The notes beneath the pieces are model-generated. The model did no database searches and was not told where the DNA came from. It saw only the letters and a list, made by a program, of their open reading frames with translations. This document shows, piece after piece, positions 9,000 to 18,760 of a DNA stretch of 64,000 bases. The number at the start of each line of letters is the position of its first letter. Within the stretch, counting starts at the first letter, position 1. Made by a program: the position numbers and the translations under genes. Source of the DNA: an uncultured Planctomycetales bacterium (GTDB lineage: Bacteria > Planctomycetota > Phycisphaerae > UBA1845 > Fen-1342); the NCBI GenBank assembly GCA_964553225.1, contig CAZKJT010000002.1, positions 389,908 through 453,907 of the forward strand. The letters are read 5' to 3'.

Positions 9000-10016
9000 A
9001 TGGACCCGTTACTCGGCAAGCCACTGGCGTGGTGGATCGCGTTCAACGTATTCGTTCTGGCGATGCTGGCGCTCGACCTGGGCGTCTTCCATCGCAAGGC
9101 GCACGAAGTTCGGTTCCGGGAGGCGCTGACGTGGAGCGTCGTCTGGATCGCGCTGGCGTTGCTGTTCAACCTGGGCATTCTGCTCGGCTGGTTCGGTCCG
9201 TACGACGCCGGCGAACGGGGAGAACGCGCGAAGGAATTCCTGGTCGGCTACCTGGTCGAGAAGTCTCTCAGCGTGGACAACGTCTTCGTCTTCGCGATGG
9301 TCTTCGCGTATTTCGCGGTCCCGTCGCATCTCCAGCACAAGGTGCTGTTCTACGGCATTCTCGGCGCGCTCGCGTTCCGGGCCGTCTTCATCTTCAGCGG
9401 TGTCTGGCTGATCGAGCGGTTCGAGTGGGTGCTGTACCTGTTCGCCGCGTTCCTGATTTTCACCGGCGTGAAGATGATCCTGGCGAAAGGAAAGTCGATC
9501 GACCCCGACCGCAATCCGGTCGTTCGCCTGGCCAGGCGCCTTGTGCCGATGACGAACGAGTATCACGGCGACAGGTTCTTCACGCGGGTCGACGGGCGAT
9601 TGTTGGCGACGCCCATGTTTCTCGTGCTGGTGTTCGTCGAGACGACCGACGTGATCTTCGCCATCGACTCGATTCCGGCCATCCTCATCATCACGCAGGA
9701 CACATTCATCGTCTACACGTCGAACGTTTTTGCGATCCTCGGACTGCGGGCCCTTTACTTCGCGCTGGCCGGATTCATGAAGATGTTCCACTACCTCACG
9801 TACGGGTTAGCGGGCGTGCTGATCTTCATCGGCGGGAAGATGTTCTACCAGGCGGCGGTGAAGGCGATCTACGACCTGCCCGAGGATTACAAGGCGCCGA
9901 TCGGACTGTCGCTGGGCGTGATCGGCGTCCTGCTGGCCGTCTCGGTGATTGCGTCGCTGCTCTGGCCGCCGCGCGACGCCGCCGGTCAGAGTCCGCCGGC
10001 GCAGTCGGCTGCCTGA
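9000..10016 (+). CDS. TerC-family integral membrane protein (Alx/YkoY-like)
   Basis: Multi-TM protein with TerC hallmarks (EKSLSVDNVFVFAMVF..., ...DSIPAILIIT...). Confidence 0.85.
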   Translation: MDPLLGKPLAWWIAFNVFVLAMLALDLGVFHRKAHEVRFREALTWSVVWIALALLFNLGILLGWFGPYDAGERGERAKEFLVGYLVEKSLSVDNVFVFAMVFAYFAVPSHLQHKVLFYGILGALAFRAVFIFSGVWLIERFEWVLYLFAAFLIFTGVKMILAKGKSIDPDRNPVVRLARRLVPMTNEYHGDRFFTRVDGRLLATPMFLVLVFVETTDVIFAIDSIPAILIITQDTFIVYTSNVFAILGLRALYFALAGFMKMFHYLTYGLAGVLIFIGGKMFYQAAVKAIYDLPEDYKAPIGLSLGVIGVLLAVSVIASLLWPPRDAAGQSPPAQSAA

Positions 10017-10022
10017 GGCCGA

Positions 10023-10538
10023 TCAGCGCGAGAGCCGGTGGAACGCCTCCAGCAGGAGCTGGTGCCGCCGGTGTCCGCTGTCGAATCCGTACTGGTCCAT
10101 CTCCGCGAGCGCGTCGGAGGGCGACATGCCCTGCACGTGCACGCGGAAGAGCGCGCAGAACAAGCCGGTGCGCTGCCGGCCGATGCGGCAGTGCACGAGC
10201 GCCGGGCATCGCGTCGGCTCGCGCGTCAGGTTGAGGAACCGATCGACCTGGTCGCGCGTGGGCGGGTTCTTGTGATTGAAGGGGATGGTGACGAACTCGA
10301 CGCCGCGGCGCTCGCAAACGGCGCGTTCGTCCGCTTCCCACGAGTCTGAATCGTCCTCGTCGCGCTGTCCGCGCAGCGCGACGACGGTCTTCAGTCCCAG
10401 ACGCGTGATCAGCTCGTCGAGCTGCTCCGGACGGGGCTGCCCGCAACGATAGAGCACGCCTTCCTGGACGGCGTGGAGACTCCGCAACCCGTCATACGGG
10501 GCGCGAAACCAGCGGCGCACGAAGCGGGGAATGATCAC
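10023..10538 (-). CDS. dual-specificity / tyrosine protein phosphatase family protein
   Basis: Catalytic CX5R P-loop VHCRIGRQRTG with an upstream acidic region. Length about 170 aa. Confidence 0.75.
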   Translation of the reverse strand: MIIPRFVRRWFRAPYDGLRSLHAVQEGVLYRCGQPRPEQLDELITRLGLKTVVALRGQRDEDDSDSWEADERAVCERRGVEFVTIPFNHKNPPTRDQVDRFLNLTREPTRCPALVHCRIGRQRTGLFCALFRVHVQGMSPSDALAEMDQYGFDSGHRRHQLLLEAFHRLSR

Positions 10539-10577
10539 GTTCGAGCTCGCAGGGCCGGCCGCGCGACCGCCGCGGTG

Positions 10578-11849
10578 CTACGGCCGAGTCGCGATCTGAA
10601 ACGTCGTGCGGGCTTCCGCAACCTTTCCCCCGATTTTATCCATCAGCGTAATCTTGACTACATACGATCCGGCCGAGAGGTCGCTCGGCAGACGCACCAG
10701 CCGCGGCACGAAGCAGTCCCGCCGACGCGAGCGGCAGCGGTCCACAATGTCGGCGTCCTGGATTTCCAGCACGATGTCGCCGTCGCTGGTCAGCACGGTG
10801 GTCTTCATGCCGAACTGAGAAATGTGCTCGCCGTTGTCGTTCAGCCGGGTCGCGAAGTCGCGCACTTCGGCATAGGTCACGAACTCGATGCCCGCGCCGG
10901 TGGTGAAGACCGGATTGTCGAGCGACTCGTAGACGCCGAAGCCGCGCACGGAGCGGCAGAGGACCAGCGTCGGCAGGCTCAGTTCCGCCGCCGGCGCGAG
11001 CTGTTCGTAGAGGCCGTCCAGCTCGCGCAGCACGTCGCGGATTTCGGACGCGGGGTCGGCGCCGCCGCCCGATCGGATCGCGATAATCGACTCGACCAGG
11101 TGCGTCGCCATCGCCTGCTGCTCGGCGGTCGCCAGCGGCAGGGGGCGTCGCGCCGCTTCCAGATCGCCCGCCAGCGCGCTCAGCACGCGGTGATCGAGCT
11201 GGTCGGCGAACGCGTCGGTCTCGCCCGGGCTGGGGCGGTGACGCAGCAGCTCCCGCACGCTGGTGAGCGGGGCGGCCGAATCCTGCGGAGCGTTCATTCT
11301 TGGGACCGAATCCGCGACGATTGTTCGGGGCGGAGACTCCGGCTCGGCGCGGATCGTAAGCCGCGCCGGCGACGCGGCCGGCCGGTCCGGCGCGTTTGGC
11401 GAAGGGCCACTCGGCGGCGAAGGCGGAGACGCTGGCGCCTCCGCCGGCGGGCGGGAAGCGCCAGATTCCTCGGCAGCGAGATGGACGCCGCCGGCCGCGA
11501 ACGACGCGTCGTCGTCGGCGTACTCGTCGGCGGCAGAGTGCGGGATCGATTCTTCGCCCGAACCGCTCTGCTCGTGCGCGGTGCGCCGACGAATCTCGTC
11601 GCGGCGCGGCACCTGCATCGCCCACCGCTCGACGTCCGGTAATGCGGCGCCCGCGACGGGGATATCGCCGGATGGCAGGGTCGATTCGGAAGTAACCGGC
11701 GTCGGCTGCACGATCAACGGCTCGGCAGGCGGCACGTGCGGCGATTCGGCTCGCATCGACGGCTTGTCGATCGGCGCGAGCCACTGACAGCCCGCGGCCA
11801 GAGTCAGCGCGGGCAACAGACCCGTGGCGATGATGCGGCGCGCCTCCAT
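10578..11849 (-). CDS. hypothetical lipoprotein (Pro/Ala/Ser-rich linker plus C-terminal globular domain)
   Basis: N-terminal signal with lipobox LTLAAGC. The low-complexity middle could create antisense ORFs, but the C-terminal 170 aa have normal composition. Confidence 0.5.
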   Translation of the reverse strand: MEARRIIATGLLPALTLAAGCQWLAPIDKPSMRAESPHVPPAEPLIVQPTPVTSESTLPSGDIPVAGAALPDVERWAMQVPRRDEIRRRTAHEQSGSGEESIPHSAADEYADDDASFAAGGVHLAAEESGASRPPAEAPASPPSPPSGPSPNAPDRPAASPARLTIRAEPESPPRTIVADSVPRMNAPQDSAAPLTSVRELLRHRPSPGETDAFADQLDHRVLSALAGDLEAARRPLPLATAEQQAMATHLVESIIAIRSGGGADPASEIRDVLRELDGLYEQLAPAAELSLPTLVLCRSVRGFGVYESLDNPVFTTGAGIEFVTYAEVRDFATRLNDNGEHISQFGMKTTVLTSDGDIVLEIQDADIVDRCRSRRRDCFVPRLVRLPSDLSAGSYVVKITLMDKIGGKVAEARTTFQIATRP

Positions 11850-11895
11850 GCGCTCTCTCCGGAATTTGCGAGGACGTTGCGCTCGCGCCGCGGCA

Positions 11896-12903
11896 TCAGG
11901 CGGCCGACGCCGCGAGCCGCGCCAGCACGAGCGCCACGCCGGTATCTATCGACCGCAGGCCCAGCTTGGCTTGTGCGTCGAGGTCGGCTACTTGCGCGAG
12001 CAGTCGCCGGCATGCGTCGCGCGGAATTCGCCGCAGAATGGCTTCCAGATCGCGTTCGCGGCCCCACATCATGACCTTCGGAGCGATGGCGCGGATCGAC
12101 TCGCCGGAATCCAGCAATTCATGGGCCGTCAGCCAGCGCCGCACGACGAACAGAACGCCGCCCAGCGCCTTGAAGACCGCTTCCGGATCGGTGGCCAGCA
12201 CCTCTTCCCACAGCGTCAGCGCGTCGCGCAGCCGACCCGCGCCGGCCGCGTCTACGGCCGCGAAGACGCGTTCCTCGCGGGTCAGCCCGACCAGGTCGGC
12301 CACGTCCTGCTCGGTGATTTCGGCGCGATCGCCGACATAAAGTGCGAGCTTCTCGACCTCGCCGGCCAGCAGGCCCTGGTCCGCGCCGATCAGGTCGGCC
12401 AACCGCTCGGCCGCTCCCAGGGAGAGGCGTTTTCCGCGCTGCCGGGCGTTGTCGATGACGAATGGCGCGAGTTCGCGGACGGACAGCTTGCGGCACTCAA
12501 TGATCTCTCCGCCGGCTGCGCTGGCGGACTTATACAGGCGGGTGGTCTTTGGAAACGACCGGCAGGTGAGAATGAGCACGCCGGTCGGGCTTGGCGACGA
12601 CAGATAGCCTTCGAGCTTCTCGCGCCAGGCCGAGACGAATTTGTCGGCCTGCCGGACGATGACCGCGCGGCGTTCGGCCAGGAACGGCAAGGTTCGAAGG
12701 TCGTCCATCACGGCCGCCAACGACGGGCCGCCTTGTTCTTCCGATTTCTCGCCGTCGTATTCGCACAGGGCCATGCCGCGGTCGATCGGCGGCGGCAGCA
12801 CGCGATCGAGCGTTTCGCGCAGGCGCTCGCCTTTCGCGAACTCCTCGTCGCCGTAGAGAACGACGATGGGCGGAGGGGGGGTCGATTGGACGCTTCTAGC
12901 CAC
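11896..12903 (-). CDS. holA: DNA polymerase III delta subunit
   Basis: IVVLYGDEEFAKGE...LPFLAERRAVIVRQADKF...GVLILTC... fits the HolA N-terminal and AAA-lid layout. The start is set at an internal GTG (VARSVQ). The track ORF extends to 13005. Confidence 0.65.
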   Translation of the reverse strand: MARSVQSTPPPPIVVLYGDEEFAKGERLRETLDRVLPPPIDRGMALCEYDGEKSEEQGGPSLAAVMDDLRTLPFLAERRAVIVRQADKFVSAWREKLEGYLSSPSPTGVLILTCRSFPKTTRLYKSASAAGGEIIECRKLSVRELAPFVIDNARQRGKRLSLGAAERLADLIGADQGLLAGEVEKLALYVGDRAEITEQDVADLVGLTREERVFAAVDAAGAGRLRDALTLWEEVLATDPEAVFKALGGVLFVVRRWLTAHELLDSGESIRAIAPKVMMWGRERDLEAILRRIPRDACRRLLAQVADLDAQAKLGLRSIDTGVALVLARLAASAA

Positions 12904-13039
12904 GCCGGAAGTGTACAAGGCCGGCGTGGGCGCGTCAGGCGGACGGAGATGAACGACCCGCGGGCGCGCTCGCCTCGTGGACGATCGCGCCCGCAGTACG
13001 CTCACAGGCCGACCGGGATTCGGCCGGTCGTGGTTCGGC

Positions 13040-13330
13040 TTAGAAGTTCACCGACAGGTCGAAGTTGCAGGCGACCAGCTTGGCCTTGGTGACCGTGATG
13101 AACGGGTTGTCGCTGATCTTGGTGACGGTGAGCGGCTGCGGGCCGACGAGGTTGATGGCCGGCGAGCGACCCGGGATCACGCCATCTTCGGGAACGCGCA
13201 GCAGGTGACCGCTCCAATTGCAGATGTACGCGCCGCAGTCGTTGATCGACTCGAACGGGATGGTCGTGCCGACCGGCGTGCCGTACTGGTTCTGCGTCAT
13301 GTTCGTTGTGTTCAGGGTCTGCGTCGTCAT
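13040..13330 (-). CDS. orphan small protein (96 aa), unknown function
   Basis: Clean ORF MTTQTLNTTNMTQNQYGTPVGTTIPFESINDCGAYICNWSGHLL...VACNFDLSVNF with a strong Shine-Dalgarno GGAGGAG 6 nt upstream of the ATG. No signal peptide and no recognisable family. Confidence 0.45.
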   Translation of the reverse strand: MTTQTLNTTNMTQNQYGTPVGTTIPFESINDCGAYICNWSGHLLRVPEDGVIPGRSPAINLVGPQPLTVTKISDNPFITVTKAKLVACNFDLSVNF

Positions 13331-13676
13331 GTACGACTCCTCCAGAGTGTGGGAGCGTCGAAGCGGCCTCCATCAGCCGCTTCACCTGGAACGAATGCAA
13401 TTCGGGTTCGTCTTGCGAACGACCCGGTCAGACATGGGCGCCAAGGCCGATCCGGGCCAGGGACCGATTTGGGGCCGCGGCGCACTCGCATTGCCGGCGC
13501 GTTGCGCGTGCGAACGGGATATCGGCATGCTCGGCGGGGTGGATTGAGCGAATTCCGACGCGCGATTACTGCCGCACGCGGATTCCGCGCGTCGGTCGCT
13601 GCGGCGCGCTCGAAGCCGCGCCGGCGGATGCCGCGCCCGAATCGACATTCATCCGCCGCGGCAGCAGAATATCGCC

Positions 13677-15146
13677 ATGATTTGCCGGAAGAACCCTGAT
13701 CCGAAAGTGCCGCGCGCAGCCAGACGTACGCGCCGGTCGAGTCGGCGACGCCGCGCGGCGCTGGCCGCGTGCCTGCTCGCGGGAACGCTCGCGGGATGCT
13801 CCCCCGAGGCGGCGGACCGTTCGCGCGACCCCCGCCCGAACGTTATCGTGATCGTTCTCGACACGGTTCGGGCCGACCACCTCGGTGCGTACGGCTACGC
13901 GCGTCAAACCACTCCGCGCATCGACGCGTTCGCGGCGGAGGCGGTGCGCTATGCTCGGGCCATGTCCACAGCGCCGTGGACCGTCCCGTCCCATGCTTCG
14001 CTGTTCACCGGGCTGTATCCCTTCGAGCACGGCGCGCATAGCTACGAAGTCGCGGACCCCGCCCAGAACAACGTCGGCCCGCTCGCACTCGAGCACCTGA
14101 CGCTGGCGGAGGCGCTGCTCGCCGAGGGATACGCGACCGGGGCGTTCGTCGCGAACGTGGCCTATCTGAGCCCGTGGACGCAACTGAACCAGGGGTTTCA
14201 GACCTATCACGCCGCGCTGGCGGACTCGACGACGCTGAACCGGGCCGTCCGCCCGTGGTTGGAACGCAATCGCAATCAGGCGTTTTTTCTGTTCATGAAT
14301 TACCTCGACGCGCACCGGCCGTACAACGCGCGGCCGCGCGAAGGACTGCTGGATCGGCCGGTCGCGCCGGACGGCGGCGCGCTGCTCGACCGGCTGATCG
14401 AGGCGACCCTGGCGGGCGTCGATCCGCCGCCGCCGGAGCTGGTGTCTGGGGTGATCGACCAGTACGACACGGCGCTGGCGAACCTGGACGAGCAGGTCGG
14501 CGTGCTGCTCGACTGGCTGCGCGAGCTGAATCTCTATCGCAACAGCGTCATCGTCATCACGTCCGACCACGGCGAGTATTTCGGCGAGCACGGTCTGGTC
14601 GAGCATTCCAAGGACGTGTATCAGCCGGCGCTGGCGATTCCGCTCATCGTCCGAGCGCCGGGAGACGCCGCGCCGCGCGTGGACGACACGCTCGTGTCGC
14701 TGGCGATGACGCCGTGGATCATCTGGCAGCACATGGCGGCGGACGTTCGTGCGCGGCGCGCGTCGAGCTTTCTGAATGCGCCGGGCGGCCCGGTGCTCGC
14801 CGAGAACTACTTCAGCCGCACCAAGGACGTGTTTGATCCGCGTTGGGGATCGCGTTTTCGGCGCGTCCGCACGGCGTGGTTCGAGTGGCCGTACAAGTTC
14901 ATCCGGTCGTCGGACGGCGCGCACGAGCTCTATGATCTTTCGCGCGATGCGGGGGAGACGAACAACCTGGTGGGTTCGGACGCGGGGCGGGCCGCCGCAA
15001 TGCAGGCCGCGCTCGACGCGTTCGAGCGCTCACGTCCCCGACGGGCGCCGCAGCGCATGGAGTCGGGCGCGCTGAGCGCCGAACAGCTTCGCGTGCTGGA
15101 GCAGCTCGGCTATGCCGGTTCGGCGCAGGATGGTGAACAGCCGTGA
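13677..15146 (+). CDS. sulfatase-like hydrolase/transferase (alkaline-phosphatase superfamily) lipoprotein. Thr sits where the formylglycine Cys/Ser nucleophile would be.
   Basis: Signal plus lipobox (LLAGTLAGCS). NVIVIVLDTVRADHLG metal-binding start. TVPSHASLFTGLYP aligns with the sulfatase CTPSRAALLTGRYP block but reads T-x-P-S-H. C-terminal ...ITSDHGE... Confidence 0.85.
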   Translation: MICRKNPDPKVPRAARRTRRSSRRRRAALAACLLAGTLAGCSPEAADRSRDPRPNVIVIVLDTVRADHLGAYGYARQTTPRIDAFAAEAVRYARAMSTAPWTVPSHASLFTGLYPFEHGAHSYEVADPAQNNVGPLALEHLTLAEALLAEGYATGAFVANVAYLSPWTQLNQGFQTYHAALADSTTLNRAVRPWLERNRNQAFFLFMNYLDAHRPYNARPREGLLDRPVAPDGGALLDRLIEATLAGVDPPPPELVSGVIDQYDTALANLDEQVGVLLDWLRELNLYRNSVIVITSDHGEYFGEHGLVEHSKDVYQPALAIPLIVRAPGDAAPRVDDTLVSLAMTPWIIWQHMAADVRARRASSFLNAPGGPVLAENYFSRTKDVFDPRWGSRFRRVRTAWFEWPYKFIRSSDGAHELYDLSRDAGETNNLVGSDAGRAAAMQAALDAFERSRPRRAPQRMESGALSAEQLRVLEQLGYAGSAQDGEQP

Positions 15147-15916
15147 CCGGGTCGAACGGCGACGGGCGAAATGCGACGTTTCGCGTGCTGACTTACAACA
15201 TTCACCGCGCGATCGGTTTGGATCGACGGTTCCTGCCGGACCGAGTGGCGGAGGTGCTGCGGCACCACGACGCCGACGTCGTGCTTCTTCAGGAAGTGGA
15301 TCGCGGCGCGCCGCGTTCGCAGCAGCTCGATCTGGCGTCGCACCTGGCGCGTCAGCTTGAGTATCGCTATCGCGCCGTCGGCATGAACGTCTATCTGCGC
15401 AAGGGCCGCTACGGCAACGCCACCCTGACGCGCTTCCCCATCGGGCGACAGCGGAACATCGACCTCTCAGTCCGGTGGATGATCCGTCGCGGCGCGCAGC
15501 ACACACGCATCCATGTCCCGTTCGACGGCCGATCCGTGGACGTGGACGTGTTCAACATGCACCTGGGCTTGTCGGCTCGCGAGCGAGAAAAGCAGGCTTG
15601 CCGGCTGCTGCAAAGTCCGGACGTGGCGCACTTGTCGGACCATTGCCGCAGCGTCATCGCCGGCGACACCAACGACTGGCGCGGGCTACTGACGCGGCGC
15701 TGGTTCGAGCCGGCCGGTTGGAGCTGCGCGACGGTGGACGCCGCGCGACGCCGCGCAATCCGCACGTTTCCGAGCTTCGCCCCGGCCGGCGCGCTGGATC
15801 GCATTTACTTCCGCGGCCGGCTCCGCCTCCTCTCGGTCCACCGCAGCCGATTGAGCGTCGCGCGCGTCGCCAGCGACCACCTTCCGGTCGTCGCGGAATT
15901 TGAGATTCTGCCTTGA
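15143..15916 (+). CDS. endonuclease/exonuclease/phosphatase (EEP) family protein
   Basis: FRVLTYNIHRAIG...DADVVLLQEVD...VIAGDTNDW...SDHLPVVAEF is an EEP-fold signature. The GTG start overlaps the upstream stop (GTGA), indicating translational coupling. Confidence 0.8.
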   Translation: MTGSNGDGRNATFRVLTYNIHRAIGLDRRFLPDRVAEVLRHHDADVVLLQEVDRGAPRSQQLDLASHLARQLEYRYRAVGMNVYLRKGRYGNATLTRFPIGRQRNIDLSVRWMIRRGAQHTRIHVPFDGRSVDVDVFNMHLGLSAREREKQACRLLQSPDVAHLSDHCRSVIAGDTNDWRGLLTRRWFEPAGWSCATVDAARRRAIRTFPSFAPAGALDRIYFRGRLRLLSVHRSRLSVARVASDHLPVVAEFEILP

Positions 15917-16001
15917 GGCGCCGCGAGAGCGGCTCGGAGGCGCTGGTGACGATCGGCCGGCGGCTTCGGGGACGCGCGCGATCGCGAGCGGGTTTACGCA
16001 G

Positions 16002-16071
16002 TCCCCGCTCCCTCACGGTCGCGGCTCGGAAAGGCGCGGCTCGGAAAGGCGCGGCTCGGACGGGCGCGGCA
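16002..16071. repeat. intergenic repeat element copy B plus 3 tandem 17-mers (gcggctcggaaaggcgc)
   Basis: tccccgctccctcacggtcgcggctcgg is 27/28 identical to copy A. It is followed by 3 tandem 17-nt units, with a degenerate unit upstream near 15930. Confidence 0.7.
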
Positions 16072-16200
16072 TGCGCTCCTGCGCTACCACGGCCGGCTTG
16101 GCGTCGATTCTCGCCAGCGCAGCGGGCCCGGCATATCATCGCTCGATCGTCGCGCGGTCGATTGCCGCAGCGACGCCGGCAGACCGGGCAGGAGCATCCG

Positions 16201-17526
16201 ATGCATTACCGGTTCGCACTGGCCGCGCTCGTCGCGGCCGCAGTGGATTGTCTGTCGCCGCGCCTCGTGAGCGCGCAGGATCGTCCGATCGCGTTCACGG
16301 GCGCGCGTGTGTTGCCGATCGACGCGGCGCCGATCGAGAGCGGCGTGCTGGTGATCCATCAGGGCAAGATCGTGGCGGTGGGACGCGCCGACGCGGTGCG
16401 GATCCCCGACGGCGCGGCGCACGTGGACGTCTCCGGGCGCTGGCTCATGCCGGGGCTGGTGGACACGCACAATCACATCGGCGGGATCGGCGGCGGCGAT
16501 TCGAGCGGGCCGATTCAGCCCGAGGCGCGCGTCATGGATTCGATCAATATCCATGATTCCGGATTCAAGCGTGCCCTCGCCGGCGGACTGACGACGCTGA
16601 ACCTCATGCCCGGATCGGGACATCTGCTCAGCGGACAGACCGTGTACGTGAAGCTGCGCGCCGGCGCCCGCACGATCGATGACCTGTTCATTCGCGACGC
16701 CGAGGGCCGGCCGACCGGCGGCATGAAGATGGCCAACGGGACGAACTCGATCGGCGCGCCGCCGTTTCCGGGGACGCGGGCGAAATCGGCCGCCCTCATG
16801 CGTCAGCAGCTTATCCGCGCGATGGAATACCGCGACAAGGTCCGCGCCGCCGGCGACGACGCATCCAAGCTGCCCGACCGCGACCTCGGCCTCGAAGCGC
16901 TGGTCGAAGTGCTCGACGGTCGCCGCGTCGTGCATCATCACACGCACCGGCACGACGACATCGTGACCGTGCTTCGCCTGGCGAAGGAGTTTGGCTTTCG
17001 AGTCGTGCTGCATCACGTGAGCGAGGGTTGGAAGGTGGCGGAGGAGATCGCCGAGGCGGGTGTGCCTTGCTCGATCATCCTGGTGGATTCGCCCGGCGGA
17101 AAGCTGGAGGCGGTAAACCTGCTGCTGAAGACCGGCGGGATTCTGGAGAGAGCCGGCGTGAAGGTGGCATATCACACCGACGACTGGATCACCGACTCTC
17201 GCCTGTTCTTTCGCATGGCGGCGCTCGGCGTGCGGGCGGGAATGTCGCGCGAGGCGGCGCTTCGTGCGCTGACGCTGGCGGGCGCGGAAATGCTCGATCT
17301 TGGAGAGCGGGTCGGCTCGCTGACGCCCGGCAAAGACGCGGATTTCCTGATTCTGGACGGCGACCCGTTCAGCGTCTACACGAAAGTCCAGGAAACATGG
17401 GTCGATGGGCGGCGCGTCTTCGATCGCTCGGATCCGAAAGACCGTCTCTACGCCGTCGGCGGCTTCGGGGCGTCGACCGACGTCGAGCCGTACTTCTGTT
17501 GCTTCGAACACGCGCAGGGAGACTAG
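16201..17526 (+). CDS. secreted amidohydrolase-family protein (metal-dependent hydrolase)
   Basis: Signal peptide MHYRFALAALVAAAVDC.... GLVDTHNHIGG (HxH metal site) and conserved ...HHTHRHDD... / ...HTDD... amidohydrolase residues. Confidence 0.85.
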   Translation: MHYRFALAALVAAAVDCLSPRLVSAQDRPIAFTGARVLPIDAAPIESGVLVIHQGKIVAVGRADAVRIPDGAAHVDVSGRWLMPGLVDTHNHIGGIGGGDSSGPIQPEARVMDSINIHDSGFKRALAGGLTTLNLMPGSGHLLSGQTVYVKLRAGARTIDDLFIRDAEGRPTGGMKMANGTNSIGAPPFPGTRAKSAALMRQQLIRAMEYRDKVRAAGDDASKLPDRDLGLEALVEVLDGRRVVHHHTHRHDDIVTVLRLAKEFGFRVVLHHVSEGWKVAEEIAEAGVPCSIILVDSPGGKLEAVNLLLKTGGILERAGVKVAYHTDDWITDSRLFFRMAALGVRAGMSREAALRALTLAGAEMLDLGERVGSLTPGKDADFLILDGDPFSVYTKVQETWVDGRRVFDRSDPKDRLYAVGGFGASTDVEPYFCCFEHAQGD

Positions 17527-17527
17527 C

Positions 17528-18736
17528 ATGCGCGCTTGCGGTGTGATTCTGGCGGTGATCGCGATCGCGCACGCGGCGCTCGCGCAGGTGGCGGTGCGCG
17601 CGGGCAAGGTGCACACGATGTCCGGTCCGCCGATCGACGACGGTGTGGTGGTGGTGACGGACGGAAAGATCGCCGCGGTGGGTCCGGCGGCGCAAGTGAT
17701 CGTCCCCGACGGCTATACCGTGCTCGAGGCGGCGGTCGTGACGCCCGGGCTGATCGACGCCCGCAGCACGGTCGGCCTGACGGGCATCTACAACCAGGCC
17801 CACGACCAGGATCAACTGGAGCGGTCGGCGCCGATCCAGCCGGAGCTGTCGGCGCTGGACGCCTACAACGCCGAGGAGCCGCTGATCGGGTGGGTGCGCG
17901 GCTTTGGCGTGACCACCCTGCACACTGGGCACGCGCCCGGCGAACTCATCAGCGGGCAGACGTTCATCGTCAAGACGCGGACCGGCGCCGTGCAGGACGC
18001 CGTGATTGTGCCGGCCGCGGCGGTCGCGGCGACTCTGGGGGAGAGCGCGCGCAAGGGCGACGGCAAGTCGCCCGGCACGCGCGCGAAGATGGTGTCGATG
18101 CTGCGGGCTGAGCTGATTCGCGCGCAGGAATACGCGTCGAAGCAGGCTCTGCCGGAAGAGGACAAGCGGCCGGCGCGCGACTTGCGGCTGGAGGCATTAG
18201 CGCGCGTACTTTCAGGCGAATTGCCGCTGATGGTTCACGCGCACCGTGCGCAAGACATCGCATCGGCGCTTCGCGTGGCGCGCGAGTTCAATCTGAAGCT
18301 CTGGCTGGACGGAGCGTCGGAAGCGTATCGCGTGCTGGAGGAGATCCAGGCGGCCGGCGTGCCCGTGATTGTGCACCCGATCATGCAGCGCCCGGTCGGC
18401 GAAGCCGAAAACATGAGCTGGGAGACGGCAGCGGCGCTTCGCGCGGTCGGGATTCCGATCGCGCTTCAGAGCGGCTTCGAGAGCTACGTGCCGAAGACCC
18501 GCGTGGTGCTGCTTGAAGCGGCGATCGCAGCCGCCAATGGTCTCACGTTCGACCAGGCGCTGGCGGCGATCACGATCGACGCGGCGCGGATTCTCGGCAT
18601 CGATCAGCGCGTCGGCAGCCTGGAAGTCGGCAAGGACGGCGACCTGGCTCTGTATGACGGAGATCCGTTTGAGTACACGACCCATTGCGTGGGCGTCGTC
18701 ATCGAGGGGCAAGTCGTCAGCGACGAAACACGCTAG
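17528..18736 (+). CDS. secreted amidohydrolase-family protein (paralogue of the upstream gene)
   Basis: Signal peptide. GLIDARSTVGL, ...MVHAHRAQD..., ...GDLALYDGDPF are similar to the preceding gene. The ATG is 2 nt after the upstream stop. Confidence 0.85.
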   Translation: MRACGVILAVIAIAHAALAQVAVRAGKVHTMSGPPIDDGVVVVTDGKIAAVGPAAQVIVPDGYTVLEAAVVTPGLIDARSTVGLTGIYNQAHDQDQLERSAPIQPELSALDAYNAEEPLIGWVRGFGVTTLHTGHAPGELISGQTFIVKTRTGAVQDAVIVPAAAVAATLGESARKGDGKSPGTRAKMVSMLRAELIRAQEYASKQALPEEDKRPARDLRLEALARVLSGELPLMVHAHRAQDIASALRVAREFNLKLWLDGASEAYRVLEEIQAAGVPVIVHPIMQRPVGEAENMSWETAAALRAVGIPIALQSGFESYVPKTRVVLLEAAIAAANGLTFDQALAAITIDAARILGIDQRVGSLEVGKDGDLALYDGDPFEYTTHCVGVVIEGQVVSDETR

Positions 18737-18760
18737 AACGCCTGGGCGGCGGATTTCGAC

